A stretch of DNA of 63,833 nt, counting the filler, from Chiloscyllium plagiosum (taxonomy: Eukaryota), in the NCBI RefSeq assembly GCF_004010195.1. It is 4 parts of one record of this genome, joined end to end, with 100 filler letters (N's around TTAATTAATTAA, not from the genome) between each part and the next. Parts side by side here need not be neighbours in the genome. Positions count along the whole stretch, not along the records: positions 34,788 to 50,353 come from NC_057715.1; positions 50,454 to 63,833 come from NC_057715.1; 2 more parts are not named here. One strand, written 5' to 3'. Position 1 is the stretch's first letter. Every line of letters begins with the position of its first letter. The notes under the pieces were generated by a model, which was given only the letters and a program-made list of their open reading frames with translations, was not told where the DNA came from and made no database searches. Positions 48,701 through 61,779 of this stretch are shown here, piece after piece. The translations under genes and the position numbers were made by a program.

Positions 48701-49626
48701 ATGGGGGTGAGGGCAGTTGAATATTCCTCCTGCAGAATGAGGTAGGTAAGGGTCACCACTAGTGTCCCTGCTGACTACATCTGCAGGAAGTGCACCCAAC
48801 TCCAGCTCCTCGAAAACTGCGTTAGGGAATTGGAGCTAGAGTTGGATGAACTTCGAATCATTCGGGAGGCAGAGGGGGTTATTGAGAGGAGTTACAGGAA
48901 GGTAGTCACTCTTCAGGTACAAGAAAAAGGCAGATGGGTTACAGTCAGGGGACAGAAAGGGAACTGGCAGGCAGTGCAGGCATCCTCTGTGGCCATTCCC
49001 CTCAACAATAAGTATACTGTTTTGGATACTGTTGGGGGGAAACAACTTACCAGTGGGGCACAGGGCTCTGGCACAGAGTCTGTCCCTGCTGCTCAGAAGG
49101 GAAGGGGGAAGAGGAGCAGAGCAGTAGTTATTGGGGACTCCATAGTTAGGGGGACAGATAGGAGGTTCTGTGGGGACGGGAGAGACTCATGGTTGGTGTG
49201 TTGCCTCCCAGGTGCCAGGGTTCGTGATGTCTTTGATCATGTTTTTGTGATCCTTAAGGGGGAAGGGGGAGCAGTCCCAAGTCGTGGTCACATAGGCACC
49301 AACGACATAGGTAGGAAGAGAGATGGGGATTTAAGGCAGAAATTCAGGGAGCTAGGATGGAAGCTTAGAGCTAGGACGAACAGAGTTGTTGTCTCTGGTT
49401 TGTTGCCCATGCCACGTGCTAGTGAGGCAAGGAATAGGGAGAGAGAGGAGTTGAACACGTGGCTACAGGGATGGTGCAGGAGGGAGGGTTTTGGATTCTT
49501 GGATAATTGGGCTCTTTCTGGGGTAGGTGGGACCTCTACAAGCAGGATGGTCTTCATCTGAACCAGAGGGGTACCAATATCCTCGGGGGAAAATTCGCTA
49601 AGGCTATTGTTGTGGGTTTAAACTGA
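48701..49626 (+). pseudogene. CR1 ORF1 (zinc finger, coiled coil, SGNH esterase), with a stop and frameshifts
   Basis: ADYICRKC..., ELELELDELR coiled coil, VIGDSIVRG, HIGTND, and a frameshifted DGLHL. Confidence 0.9.
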
Positions 49627-49749
49627 TCCAGCTGGGGGATGGGAATCAAAATTGTAGTTCGAGTATAGAAAAGGTTGAGAGTAGGGAGATCCAAAATCAA
49701 GTTTCAGGGACACAAGGTGGCACCGGCAAGCAAGAAGTTGGTTTGAAGT

Positions 49750-50353
49750 GTGTCTACTTCAAAGCCAGGAGCATCCGGAATAAGGTGGGTGAACTTGCAG
49801 CATGGGTTGGTACCTGGACTTCAATGTTGTGGCCATTTTGGAGACATGGATAGAGCAGGGACAGGAATGGTTGTTGCAGGTTCCAGGATTTAGATGTTTC
49901 AGTAAGAACAGAGAAGATGGTAAAAGAGGGGGAGGTGTGGCATTGTTGGTCAAGGACAGTATTACAGTTGCAAAAAGGATGTTTGGGGTCTTGTCAACTA
50001 AGGTAGTATGGGCTGAGGTTAGAAACAGGAAAGGAGAGGTCACCCTGTTGGGAGTTTTCTATAGGCCTCCGAACAGTTCCAGAGATGTAGAGGGCAGGAT
50101 AGTAAAGATGATTCTTGATAGGAGTGAGAGAGAGAGAGAGACAGGGTAGTTGTCATGGGGGACTTCAACTTTCCAAATATTGACTGGGAACACTATAGTA
50201 CAAGTACTATAGATGGGTCAGTTTTTATCCAGTGTGTGCAGGAGGGCTTCTTGATACAGTAGGTAGACAGGCCAACGAGGGGCGAGGCCACATTAGATTT
50301 GGTACTGTGTAACAAGCCTGGCCAGTTGTTAGACTTGGAAGTAGGTGAGCACT
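49750..50353 (+). pseudogene. CR1 ORF2 APE endonuclease fragment
   Basis: VVAILETW...GGGVALLVK...GVFYRPPN...MGDFNFPNIDW...LDLVL. Confidence 0.9.
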
Positions 50354-50453
50354 NNNNNNNNNNNNNNNNNNNNNNNNNNNNNNNNNNNNNNNNNNNNTTA
50401 ATTAATTAANNNNNNNNNNNNNNNNNNNNNNNNNNNNNNNNNNNNNNNNNNNN
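50354..50453. other. Artificial assembly linker
   Basis: 44N-TTAATTAATTAA-44N. Confidence 0.95.
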
Positions 50454-51759
50454 AATGCCTTGCCAGTAGCAGTGGTGGACTCTCCCTTATTATGGGCATT
50501 TAAGCGGGCATTGGATAGGTATATGGAGGATAGTGGGCTAGTGTAGGTTAGGTGGGCTTGGATCGGCGCAACATCGAGGGCCGAAGGGCCTGTACTGCGC
50601 TGTATTCTTCTAGTTTAATGCGGACAAGTGTGAGGTGATTCACTTTGGTCGGAGTAACCAGAATGCAAAGTACTGGGCTAATGGTAAGATTCTTGGTAGT
50701 GTAGATGAGCAGAGAGATCTCGGTGTCCAGGTACATAGATCCTTGAAAGTTGCCACCCAGGTTGACAGGTTTGTTAAGAAGGCATACAGTGTTTTAGCTT
50801 TTATTAATAGAAGGATTGAGTTCCGGAACCATGAGGTTATGCTACAGCCGTACAAAACACTGGTGCGGCCACACATGGTATATTGTGTACAGTTCTGGTC
50901 ACCACATTATAAGAAGGATGTGGAAGCTTTGGAAAAGGTGCAGAGGAGATTTACTAGAATGTTGCCTGGTATGGAGGGGAAGTATTACGAGGAAAGGCTG
51001 AGGGACTTGAGGCTGTTTTCTTTGGAGAGAACAAGGTTGAGAGGTAACTTAATAGAGACATATAAGATAATCAGAGGGTTAGACAGGGTGGACAGGGAGA
51101 GCCTTTATCCAAGTATGGTGACAGCGAGCACGAGGGGCATAGCTTTAAATTGAGGAGTGATAGATATAGGACAGATGTCAGAGGTAGTTTCTTTTCTCAG
51201 AGAGTAGTAAGGGTATAGAATGTTTTGCCTGCAACGGTAGTAGATTCGCCAACTTTAAGTACATTTAAGTTGTCATTGGACAAGCATATGGATGAACATG
51301 GGAATAGTGTAGGTTAGATGGGCTTCAGATTAATATGACAGGTCGGCACAACATCAAGGGCCGAAAATCCCTGTAATGTTCTATGTTCTAAGGTCACCCG
51401 TCAGTCTCCGACGCTCCAGGGAAAACAGCCCCAGCCTGTTCAGCCTCTCCCTATAGCTCAAATCCTCCAACAATTATAACATTTACAAGGCATCTGGATG
51501 GATACTTGAATAGGACGGGTTTAGAGGGATATGGGCCAATTGCTTGCAAATGGGACTAGATTAATTTAAGATATCCGGTTGGTATGGATGAGTTGGACTG
51601 AAGGGCCTGTTCCTGTGCTGTACATCTCTATGACTCAATGACTCTAAGGGCTTTGAGATACCATGTAGTCAGGACAGGTGCTACATAAATACTAGTCTTT
51701 CATTGTATTAGAGTCCCAAAAGATTACTAGTTCTGAATGACATAGATGATAATGTAGAA

Positions 51760-54700
51760 AGCCGTGTATTCAAATTAGCTGATGGGTGATTGTGATAGTA
51801 TTGGCGCTGTAAGCAATGTAAGTAGGTTAAGAGAATCGACAAAACTATTCCAAACGGAAATCAATTTCAGCAGGTATGAGATCACCCTCTTTGAACTTGG
51901 AAAGAATAGAACAGAGTTTTTAAATGATGAAAAGCAAGATTGAGTGGCGCTCCAAAGAGATTTGTTGAATTCAGGTACACAGATCTGTAGGTACAAGATA
52001 GAGAAAATAATCAAAATTGCTAATGGACTGCTGTCCTTTATGTCAAGAGGACTGGACTGAAGTGGAGAGAAGTCATATTTCAGCTATACAACAGTCTGGT
52101 TAGAATATGCACAGAACACTGCAGTTCTGGTTGCCATACCTTAAGGTGAATACACTGGCCCTGGAGAGGGCATGATGTAAATTTACTAAAATGATACCTG
52201 GACTTCAAGAAGTAAACCATGAGCTGAGGTTTAAGTGCCTTAGGCGGGACAATACAGAGAGGCTGGTCAAATGGGCAGAACTGTGGTAGATGGAGTTTAA
52301 TCCTGAAAACTGTCAAGTGATATGGTTTACGAGGACTAACAAGGCAATGGAGTACAGGATACATGTCAGACCTTAGGAAGTACTGAACATGTCTATAGAT
52401 ATTTGAAGGCAACTGGACAAGTAAATAGATTGGTTAAGAATGCATAAAGGATACTTGCCTTTATTAATTGAATACAAGAGCTGGGAGGTTATGATGAAGC
52501 TACATAGGATACTGGTTAGGCCAGAGCTGACATACTGTGTACATTTCTGGTCACAATACAATAGGAAGGATGTTATTATACTGGAGAAGTTGCAGAGGAG
52601 ATTCATGAGGATGTTGTCTGGTGAATATTTCAGCTATGAGGTGAAATATTCCTTGGAGTAAAGATGGCTGAGGGGGACCTGACGTTTACAAAATTATGAA
52701 GAACAGAGACAGGGTAAGTAGAAAGAAATGTCTCCTTTTAATAGAGGCGTCAATTCCCAGGGGGTGCAGATTGGAAAGGTATCAGTATCCTTATGGGAAA
52801 ATTTTCTTGTGCTACTTGGGGAGGCTTTAGATTAGTAAGGGGGAGGGAAGGAACTGAATTGATAGTGAGAAAAGGCTAAGGCTTGTAGAATAGATAAAGG
52901 GAGCAAGTCAAATGTCAAGGCAGGCAAAAGCTTGGTAGAGAATAAGGTAAGACTGATAAATTAAACTGCATTTAATTCAATGCAAGAGGAGGCCTGACAG
53001 GTAAGGCAGATGAACTAAGAGCATGGGTGGGAACCTGGGACTGGGATATCATAGCTATTACAGAAACATGGCTCAGGACTGGCAGCTTCATGTTCCAGGG
53101 TATAAATGCTATGGAAAGGATAGAAAGGGAGGCACATGATGAAGGGAAGTGACGTTTTTGGTCAGGGAGAACATTATGGCTGTATTTAGAAGGATATTCC
53201 TGGGAAATCGTCTATTGAAGTTAAATGTGTGAAATTTAAAAATAAGAAAGGGATGATTACTTTTTTTAATTAGGATTGTATTATAGTCAGAAGAAAATTG
53301 AGAAGGAAATGTGTAAGGAGATTGCAGCTATCTGAAAGAAAAATAGGGTTGTAATGGCAGGGGATTTTAACTTTCCAAATATAGACTGGGACTGTCATAG
53401 TGTTAATGGCTTGAATGGGAAGTGTGTTAAGTGTATACAAGAAAACATGAGGTGTTGCATTTTGCTAAGGCAAATCAGGGCAGGGCCCTGGGAGTGTTTG
53501 CTGAACAAAGAGACATATGGTGTAGGTTCATAGTTCCTTGAAAGTGGAGTCGCAGGTAGACGATGGTGAAGAAGGCAGTTGGCATTCTTGTCTTCATTGG
53601 TCATATGATTGAGTGTAGGAGTTGGGATGTCAATTTTGGAATACTGTGTACATTTTTGGTTGCCCTTCTGTAGGAAGGACATTGTTGAACTTGAGAGCGT
53701 GCAGGAAAGATTTACAAGGATGTTGATGAGACTGAAGGAGTTGAGCATTTTTCTCTGGAGTGTCAGAGGTTGAGGCTGGACCTTATGGAGGTTTATAAAA
53801 TCACGAAGGGCATGGAGAGGGTAAATACCGATGTCTTTTCCAAGGGTGGGGGGAGTCCAAAATGAGAGGGCATAGGTTTAAGGTAAGAGGGGAAAGATTT
53901 AAGAAGGAAATAAGGAGCAACCGTTTCAGGCAGAGGGAGGTGCATGTATGGAATGAGCTGCCAGAGAAATTGGTGGAGGCTGATATGATTATAACATTTA
54001 AAAGGCATCTGGATGGGCATGTGAATCAGAAGGGTTTAGAGGGTGATGGGCCAAAAGCAGGCAATTGGGGCTTAGTCATATTGGGATATCTGGTCAGCAT
54101 GAATGAGTTGGACCGAAGGGTCTGTTGACTCTATGACTCTAGACCATTACAGAAAAGTTATGGCCCGTGTGCTGGAAAATGGGATTACAGTAGAGAGCTG
54201 ATTGACCTGAGAGGAGAGAAAGGGCCAAATGCCCTCTTTCCATGCAGTAATACCCTATGATTCTATGACTAGTCATATAATCTAGGGTAAAAAGATATGG
54301 AAATTATATGGTTAAGAGGTAATTAGATCAAAGTCTCCAAGATATTAAAGGAAACAGATGGAGTAGAGGTGAAAAATTATTTCCATCGATTGGGGATTCC
54401 AAAAGCAGCCTTCCCAAGGGTGAAATGAGCACATATAAAGGTTGATAGAGAGATCAAAATCCATTCTCAGTTCACCAACTAATGCTACAGGAATTGTTAA
54501 TTTTAAACCTGGAATTCATTATTTTTGTTAACCAAAGGTATTAAGTGATATATGCAAATGCAGTATATATTGAGGTAGATAGTAAGTCAATATGGTTTAA
54601 TTTACTAACAACTACAGAAATTGCTTGGAAGAGCTCAGTGGGTCTGGCAGCCTTTTGGATTGAAATCAGAGTTAATTTTTTTAGGTGACCCTTTCTCAGA

Positions 54701-54915
54701 ACAATTCTGAAGAAGCGTCACTTAACCCAAAATGGTAACTCTGATTTCTCTCCACAAATGCTGCCAAACCTAATCAGCTTTTCCGGCAATTTCTGTTTTT
54801 GTTTATGATTTACAATATCTGCAATTCCTTCAGTTTTCATTTGGTTTAATTTAATCATTATTTAATGGTGGAGCAGATTTGAGGAGTTCCATGGCTCAGG
54901 CTAATCCTATGTTCG
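51760..54915 (+). mobile_element. Cluster of nested, degraded CR1 copies, including an endonuclease-to-3' end copy with a large internal deletion at ~52780-54140
   Basis: DIIAITETWL, GDFNFPNIDW, RILVRPELTYCVHFWS and RGHRFKVRGERFK motifs; several 3' tails. Confidence 0.8.
54612..54840. mobile_element. Old inverted PLE pseudo-LTR pair (second PLE family)
   Basis: ACAGAAATTGC...CAGAAC and TTCTGAAGAAG...GCAATTTCTGT arms are approximately reverse-complementary. Confidence 0.7.
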
Positions 54916-56093
54916 GAGGTTAGATTGAATGAAGCATAGCTATTACGTTGTAAATGTACTGACCTTCAAGATTAAATGCATTGCTGACGCCCTATTCTGT
55001 TGCATTGTAGCAAATTTGAAACTTTGGACCAAATCTTATAGGGGTTTGAGCATGATGGGCTAAGTGGAGATGCTTGTGGATTTACTCCTGCCATAGAAAG
55101 TGATTAAGGCCAAAACAGTAAATGTTTTCAAGGAAGAGTTAGATATAGATATACTTAAGGGTAGAAAACCTTACGCAAGGTGTCACACAGCAGGCTGTTA
55201 AGTAAGATGAGCCTATGGAGTTAACTGCAAAGTACTGGTATGGATAGAGAATTGGCTGACTGGCAGAAGGTAGAGGGTAAGGATGAAGGAGTTTATTTCA
55301 GGATGACAGCAATGACTAGTGGAGTTTCACAGGGATCCATGTTAGGACCACAATGATTCAAGTTATATATTAACAATCTGGATGAAGGAACTGAGGGCGA
55401 TGTTGCTAAGTTTGCAGGTGGAGGAACAGGTAGTGTTGAGAAAGTGGGGAGCTGAACAAGAGGCTTGGAGAGTGGGCCAACAAGTGACAGATGGAATACA
55501 ATGTGGGAAAGTGCTAGAAATGCACTCTGTTAGGAAGAATAGAAGGTGGCTGGGATGAATGACTACAAGTGAGGGAAGATGCTTCATGCAATTGTGAGAG
55601 TGTTAGAGCATTCACCTTTGTGGGAGGTGGCTATTATAGCAAAATTGAGGGACAGTGTGTGGTATCTGACAGAATATACTGAAACTTCATTGGTGGAGTG
55701 GAGAAAGACAGTCCTGAGCGTTCCTCCAGGTGGCTGAGATTGCAATGCCCTGGGTATTGCTGGCCGGCATGACATGCTCTGCCCATCCTGGGAAAACAGG
55801 CCATCCCGTCTCTGTACTACCTTTCCAATAGAAGCTCCAGGTCCCTGCCCACAAAATGAGGGGGTGTCAATTTCCTCCTGTCTGTCATGTCCAGGTCAGG
55901 AGCTCTGCAGGACAGCTCAAGACTGACAGTGCTAGTCCGACTGCATATCAGGCTTTTAAAAATGGTATGGGCGCAGGGGATGTCAGTTAGTTCCAGCAGT
56001 GACATATTGTTCCGGGTATGGTGCATGCTAAAGTGGGGCCAAAATCGGATGTGAAAGACTCCATGAAGCAGGTTAGGTAGTTGATGAGGTGAG

Positions 56094-56188
56094 CTGAAAA
56101 ATGTGTTGCTGGAAAAGCGCAGCAGGTCAGGCAGCATCAAAGGAGCAGGAGAATCGACGTTTCGGGCATAAGCCCTTCTTCAGGAATC
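56094..56188 (-). mobile_element. 95-bp solo PLE terminus with an intact hammerhead-like core and a 15-bp TSD
   Basis: AGTTGATGAGGTGAG at 56079-56093 and 56189-56203. Minus strand reads CTGAAGA-A-GGGC-TTAT-GCCC-GAAACGTC. Confidence 0.88.
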
Positions 56189-57009
56189 AGTTGATGAGGT
56201 GAGTTTGATAAAATGCATTGAGAAAACTCACTCAGCCTAATGGTTAGAAACCGTCCAAAAAAACCCAAAGCATTAGATTTAGCCAAAAAAAGTTAAGATT
56301 CAGCCTTTGTTTTTTTTTAAAAATGGCCAGAACCAACATTTTGTTCTAATTATTTAAAATGCAGAAGTGCAACAATCAGTCTGTCAACACAGATATAAGA
56401 GGATTTGTGATGGACAGTTACAGTTTCTACCTCACCAATCACAAAAAGTTAGTTTTAAAACAACTATTTTCTGTTTATCCAGACTGTTTTATTCATAAGA
56501 TTAAAATTTGTGGTACAAGATGACAGATGAATCACAGAAACACAGTGAGAATGCAGAAAGAGGTATATTCTCCCTTATTACAACCATTTAAGCATGCATG
56601 AACACAGTTAATTTTTGCTACGGAAATAAATTTGCAAAGTAATTTTTGACTCAATGTAAAACAACTAAACTGTTTGATCAGGCAGCTGCTAAGGGTGGAT
56701 GCTCAACAATCCTGGCTGGGGTCCAAATGGATATATTTTCAGATTTTTTTTGCCTTCACGCCTAACAACCAGCAGGAGGGAAGACAAGTGGTGAATGTGA
56801 ACTAATTACATGCAGTCAGAAGCTAAACGCCCTGAAAGGCATTTTCCACAAGCCAATCCATCATAGCATGCTGCAGGTATGTGGGCATTTTGTATTTTGA
56901 TAAAGTCATTTATTATTGTTTTCAGGATTCTCTAAGAATTTGAAAGTGGTGTCTCATCTTCAGTGTTGTTAAAGTGTGATTAATCTCTTAAAAAGAAAAC
57001 AAGAAAAAA

Positions 57010-57262
57010 AGACAGACTTCTACTTATACAGCATCTTTCCTGACCTCAGGATATTGCATACTGCTTAATGGCCAGTGAAGTAGTTTTGAAGTGTAGTCAC
57101 TATTGTAATGTAAGGACACAACAACCAATTTGCACACAACATGCTCCCACTCATGGGAATGAAACAAATAACCAGTTTGTCTGGTTTTGAGCATTGGTTG
57201 AAGAATCCCTTGCCGTGGGATTTTTTTTTTAACATCCACCTCAGTTTAATATCTCATCCATA
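57010..57262 (-). mobile_element. DeuSINE-like 3' portion
   Basis: Reverse complement has GTGTGCAAATTGG...CTACACTTCAAAACTACTTCACTGG...CCTGAGGTCAGGAAAGATGCTGTATAAGTAGAAGTC. Confidence 0.7.
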
Positions 57263-57540
57263 AAACCTCTATAGCCAACCCTCAAAGCTTTCAACACCAA
57301 CAAATAAATCTGTACACATGGTAGGCAAGAAAATTCAATACATGGATTAAAAATGACTAAGAAACAATAGAAGCAGAACTAAATTAGAAATACATGCAAG
57401 ATGATAATCACAGACATTAGCTTGATCTATGTAATTGGCATGATTACTCAGAAAGCATCTATAATTAAACTAGATATCAAAGTTATACATTATATTTTAG
57501 CATTATTTGGTGCAAAGAATTTATTAAAATGGACAAATTA

Positions 57541-57797
57541 GGGCCACGCAGTAGCTCAGTGGTTAGCACTGCTGGGATCTGGGTTTGATCCCAGCCTCGG
57601 GTGACTGTCAGCGTGGAGTTTGCACATTCTCTCCGAGTCTCTTTGGGTTTCCTCTGGATGCACTGGTTTCCTCCCACAATCCAAATATGTGCAGGCGAGC
57701 CATGGGGAATGCAGGGATAGGGAGGATAGGATGATCTTCAGAGGGTTGGTTGGACTTGATGGGCTGAATGGCCTGTTTCCACACTGTAGGGACTCTG
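57541..57797 (+). mobile_element. HE1-like SINE, diverged and internally deleted
   Basis: TAGCTCAGTGGTTAGCAC head, core and tail. Confidence 0.85.
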
Positions 57798-58392
57798 TGA
57801 ATCATGGAAAAACACTCAATTGCATTATACATCTGAAGAAGATTCTAGATTAACAAGGAGCCAGGGTGGAAGTGCTACTTACTGAGAGCTGCCAGCCAGA
57901 GGCCAAGCAGCCAATTGATAATTGAAGATGTGGGATCCCAGGATCCAGGGGGAAACCAGGACATAGGCAAGTAAGATGGGATGTGGGGTATGAGGAACAT
58001 GCAGGTCAGAAGATAAAAGGTATGAGTTATTGGAACTCCCATTGCACCCCACCCCCCTCAACTGACTGCTTGCAGTAAAGGGACCAGCTCACCAGCCACA
58101 CCACCAGATCCCACCCTAAGGTGATAAGCATCTTCACAGTTTGACATGTCCTTCATGATACATGACAATAAGCACAACCACAGATGGTTTAGTCCAGGAA
58201 TTAGAAAGATGAGGCATGTAAGTGTTCCTTAATTGTTTACTTAAGGGCTTCAATTGGTAGCAGGGCAGAATGGCACACAGGATATGAGGCACCATGTGTG
58301 ATAAGTTGTGTTATGAGGTGGCACGAATGGGGCCTATAGGGAAATTTGTGGTGATGATGACCTAAAGGTACATCCTGTATTTCTTTAACTGT

Positions 58393-58698
58393 GCAGTGGG
58401 TGGCTCAGTGGTTAACACTTCTGCTCACTACACTAGGTCTTGGGTTCGATTCCAGCCTCAGGCAGCTGTCTGTATGGCATTTTCACATTTTCCCCCAATT
58501 GTCCAAATAGTCCAAAGATGTGCCGGTTTGGTGGATTGGCCATGCTAAACTGTCCAAGGATGTGCAGGTTAGGTGGATTGGCCTTAGAAAATGCAGGGTT
58601 TTATGGTAGAGGGTGTGGTTCTGGATGGGATGCTCTTTGGAGGGTTGGAGTGGACTCGAAAGGCTGAATTGTCTGCTTCCACATTATAGGGACTCAAT
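58393..58698 (+). mobile_element. HE1-like SINE, diverged
   Basis: GGCTCAGTGGTTAAC...GGTTCGATTCC head and GTCCAAAGATGTG core. Confidence 0.8.
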
Positions 58699-60495
58699 GG
58701 GGAAAAAGTCTCAGAGCACTGAGAGGGGTCTTTTACCCAGCCCACCTTGGTACTCCATAGCCGTTATAGATCCCAGGATGCTTTGTTTCCAGGATGGTTC
58801 TGATTCCAGATACACACTTCCCCTCTCCTTAAAAATCAAAAGGTTGTTTGAGTGAGTTCCTTCTAACTCTGAATGAGAGTATTGGGAATTTTCCTGACTC
58901 TGTGCAGCCAACACAGGAGTGAAAATGTCATCTCTAATCCATGTTATCTTTAAGCTACATGACCGCTGAGAGATCAATGTCAGTTGGTATGTGATCCATT
59001 GGCTCCCACTTCTGGGAGTCCCTGCTGTACATAGACTTCAGAGGTCTGAGGGAATGTCATCCTTAATATATTCCTCACATTGCTTTTATGATGAAATTTC
59101 ACGAATAACAATGATGATTTAAAGACTTGAAAAAATGTTTCTTTAAATGTATATATAAATGTTATATAGTACCTGAAATAATATCGCCCTAGACTTAAGG
59201 AGAGAAAATGAGCTTTTGAAAACAGATGCCTTCCAAGCTAGATTAAACAATTGCTGCTTAATTAATTTGATCCAACACAATTGGAAAATAGATCTCAAGG
59301 GATATGCAATAAACATAACTTGGATAAAAAAATACATTAGTGCACTGAGGCCTCATCTCGACTAAAAATTAATGATAGCTTAGCTATCCTGTCATTAGCA
59401 ATGACGCTTAATCCGATGCTTTGAATAATAAGTCTATAATTAAGACTGTGATTCTGCATTACGTTTCTATGGTGTTTACTCTTCATTTCATTTTGAATGC
59501 AGACAATTTTACTCAATGGGCTGCTGTATCAAAGGGTTGCTGCCATTTGGAAAAATGTCAGTGGACATTTTATTAGGCTTGCAAAGAGAGATAAATACTG
59601 TGAAACAATTGCACACTGGGCTAGTTGGTACATGTTGCACAAGGCACATTTTTGGTTGAGAAATAGGTTATCTGGGTCAAATTATTCTGAAAAAGCCAAT
59701 GGGTAAGCTAGGCATGCAGGCAGCCACTGCAGAGGTTCTCAGGACTTGTTTTAAATAAGATTTAAGTCTCTCACAAATGTTAATTAGGGGTCTAACCCCT
59801 CCTGATAAACCTTGCTAGAAAATTGCTTACAAGTGGAGCACATGCTCAGAATTTGCAGTGCTATCATCCCTACCTTTCAGTCAGGAGGCCTGGGTTCAAG
59901 TCCCACCTGCTGCGGAGGTGCGTAATAACATCCCTGAGCAGGTTGCTAAGAAAAAAATTCACAAGGTAGTTTATTTTCAGAAATGTAAATGAAGAAACCA
60001 CATTTCCCATAGAGCCAACAGATCAGGAGCACTTCCTTTCACTCAGCAATCATGTAATTTTTCTCACCTATTCTAGCCTCTTTTCAAGACTTAATTTGAG
60101 CATTTTCTACATGAGTGCTGCTGCTTAGGTGGGCCGCTAATTTGTTGTTTTATACTGTAATGGTTCTAAAAGAGTTAATACTGAAGTTGAATTAGCTCTA
60201 CCCAATCTGACGATGCCACACAGTAGCCTTCGCTGGAAGAAGATGCATTCTGTCAAGCTTCTGAGAAACTTAGTAATTATGCCTGGCCAGGATGCAGTTT
60301 CACTTGCTGTTCCCATGCAGTAAACCATCTTGTTACCTAAATATTGTGCCTTTTCTATGAAAAATCTATATTGATGTATCCCCTACAATGGATCATCAGA
60401 AAGACTCAAAATAAAGTATGGACAAAGAAGGATTGGTGACAGACAATTACTTCAAACAACTCTTATCCGGATTCACATTTTGCAAAGATGGCAAG

Positions 60496-60640
60496 AGTGG
60501 TACTGGAAAAGCACAGCAAGTCAGACAGCATCTGAGGAGCAGGAGAATCGATGTTTCTGGCAAAAGGCCTTCAGAGGGTGGGGTGGATAGGTGGGAAGGA
60601 AGATGGACAGGGAGGATAGGTTAAGAGGGTGGTACCGACT
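60496..60640 (-). mobile_element. PLE pseudo-LTR fragment
   Basis: GTGGTACTGGAAAAGCACAGC...GCATCTGAGGAGCAGGAGAATCGATGTTTC. Confidence 0.75.
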
Positions 60641-61779
60641 TGTAAGGTTGAATTTTTACCAGGCAATGAAAGTTAAAATTGTGCCCGTTATTGGAACGAT
60701 GAGCAGTGCCATGAGAAATCTTCTAGTTTACTGTAGGAGACTAACCACAGAAACCTCCTCTTTTCCTCTAACACCTTCCCAACAACAAAACCCCAAAAAT
60801 CTGAGAGATAAACCCCACTTCAGTTAACAACTTGTTAAACACAAGACAATCTTCCTCACATTTAAAGAGACAGCAGCTGTCCAGAAACACACTCTTCTCT
60901 GCTCATTCTATCATTGGGAACAGCTGTCAAGTACAGACCTATTCTCAATAGGCGCTCCTGTTGGCTTATACTTTTGAAATTTGAAAAGCTGACAGGAGTA
61001 GCTGCATACTGCATCACAGTAATTTACATGGTGTGGAATCGACTGACATTTTGTTGGGTACATTTTGACAACTCTTGCGGTGTTAATGTAGTTCTTTTCT
61101 GTGAAAGTGCACTTATAAGTGTATCATTTTTCAAGTAGCTGAAGAGAGAAGAAAATACTCCATAAAAACCATACTAACAATAAGTGAATAAAATAGCATG
61201 ATGTCTGTACACGATGAATGTATTGCGATCTTCATAATTCAGATTAATATTCATTTTGATGAATAGTTTTTCACAATAAGCTCTGTTTTACTGGGTTATA
61301 ATACTATTATACAACAATTTCACCTGCTGTGTAATTACAAGCTCCCTACACAAAGATTTTTGCAAAAATGTAAGTAATAGTGTTGTTTGCTTTTAAATAA
61401 GATACTGCATTCTTTCGGTGGGTGATGAAATTAGGCTGTGCTATGGAAGGCTTATGGTCAAGAGCAAATTTATTTCAAATTGGTGAGCAAATATTTTCTC
61501 TGCTGCATTCTTAAACTCAACAGAGCTTGCAACAAAATCCATTATTCATGTTGCAAGACTAAGAGAAACCTATCTGCTCTGGAAAATTGGATCATGGTTG
61601 GTGGAAAATGAAGTATCAGTTCCTCTTACCCAGTTGATATTTGCAGATGGTATTTTTTTCCTCAGGTGCAATCATCTTGTGAATGGAAAACAAGAATAAA
61701 GGGATACATTTTAAAGATACAATGCCTGCACCTGATCTGTGCCTGTGTTACAGGTGCCGGTAAAAGTAGTTTTGCAGAG

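Larger units (their letters stand above)
48116..51647. mobile_element. Nested CR1 stack: A(+) 48116-48295 and 51472-51647; B(-) 48296-48460 and 51391-51471; C(+) 48461-51390
   Basis: Each interrupted element resumes on the far side, for example B: CCTCTATAAG | GTCACCC. Confidence 0.85.
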
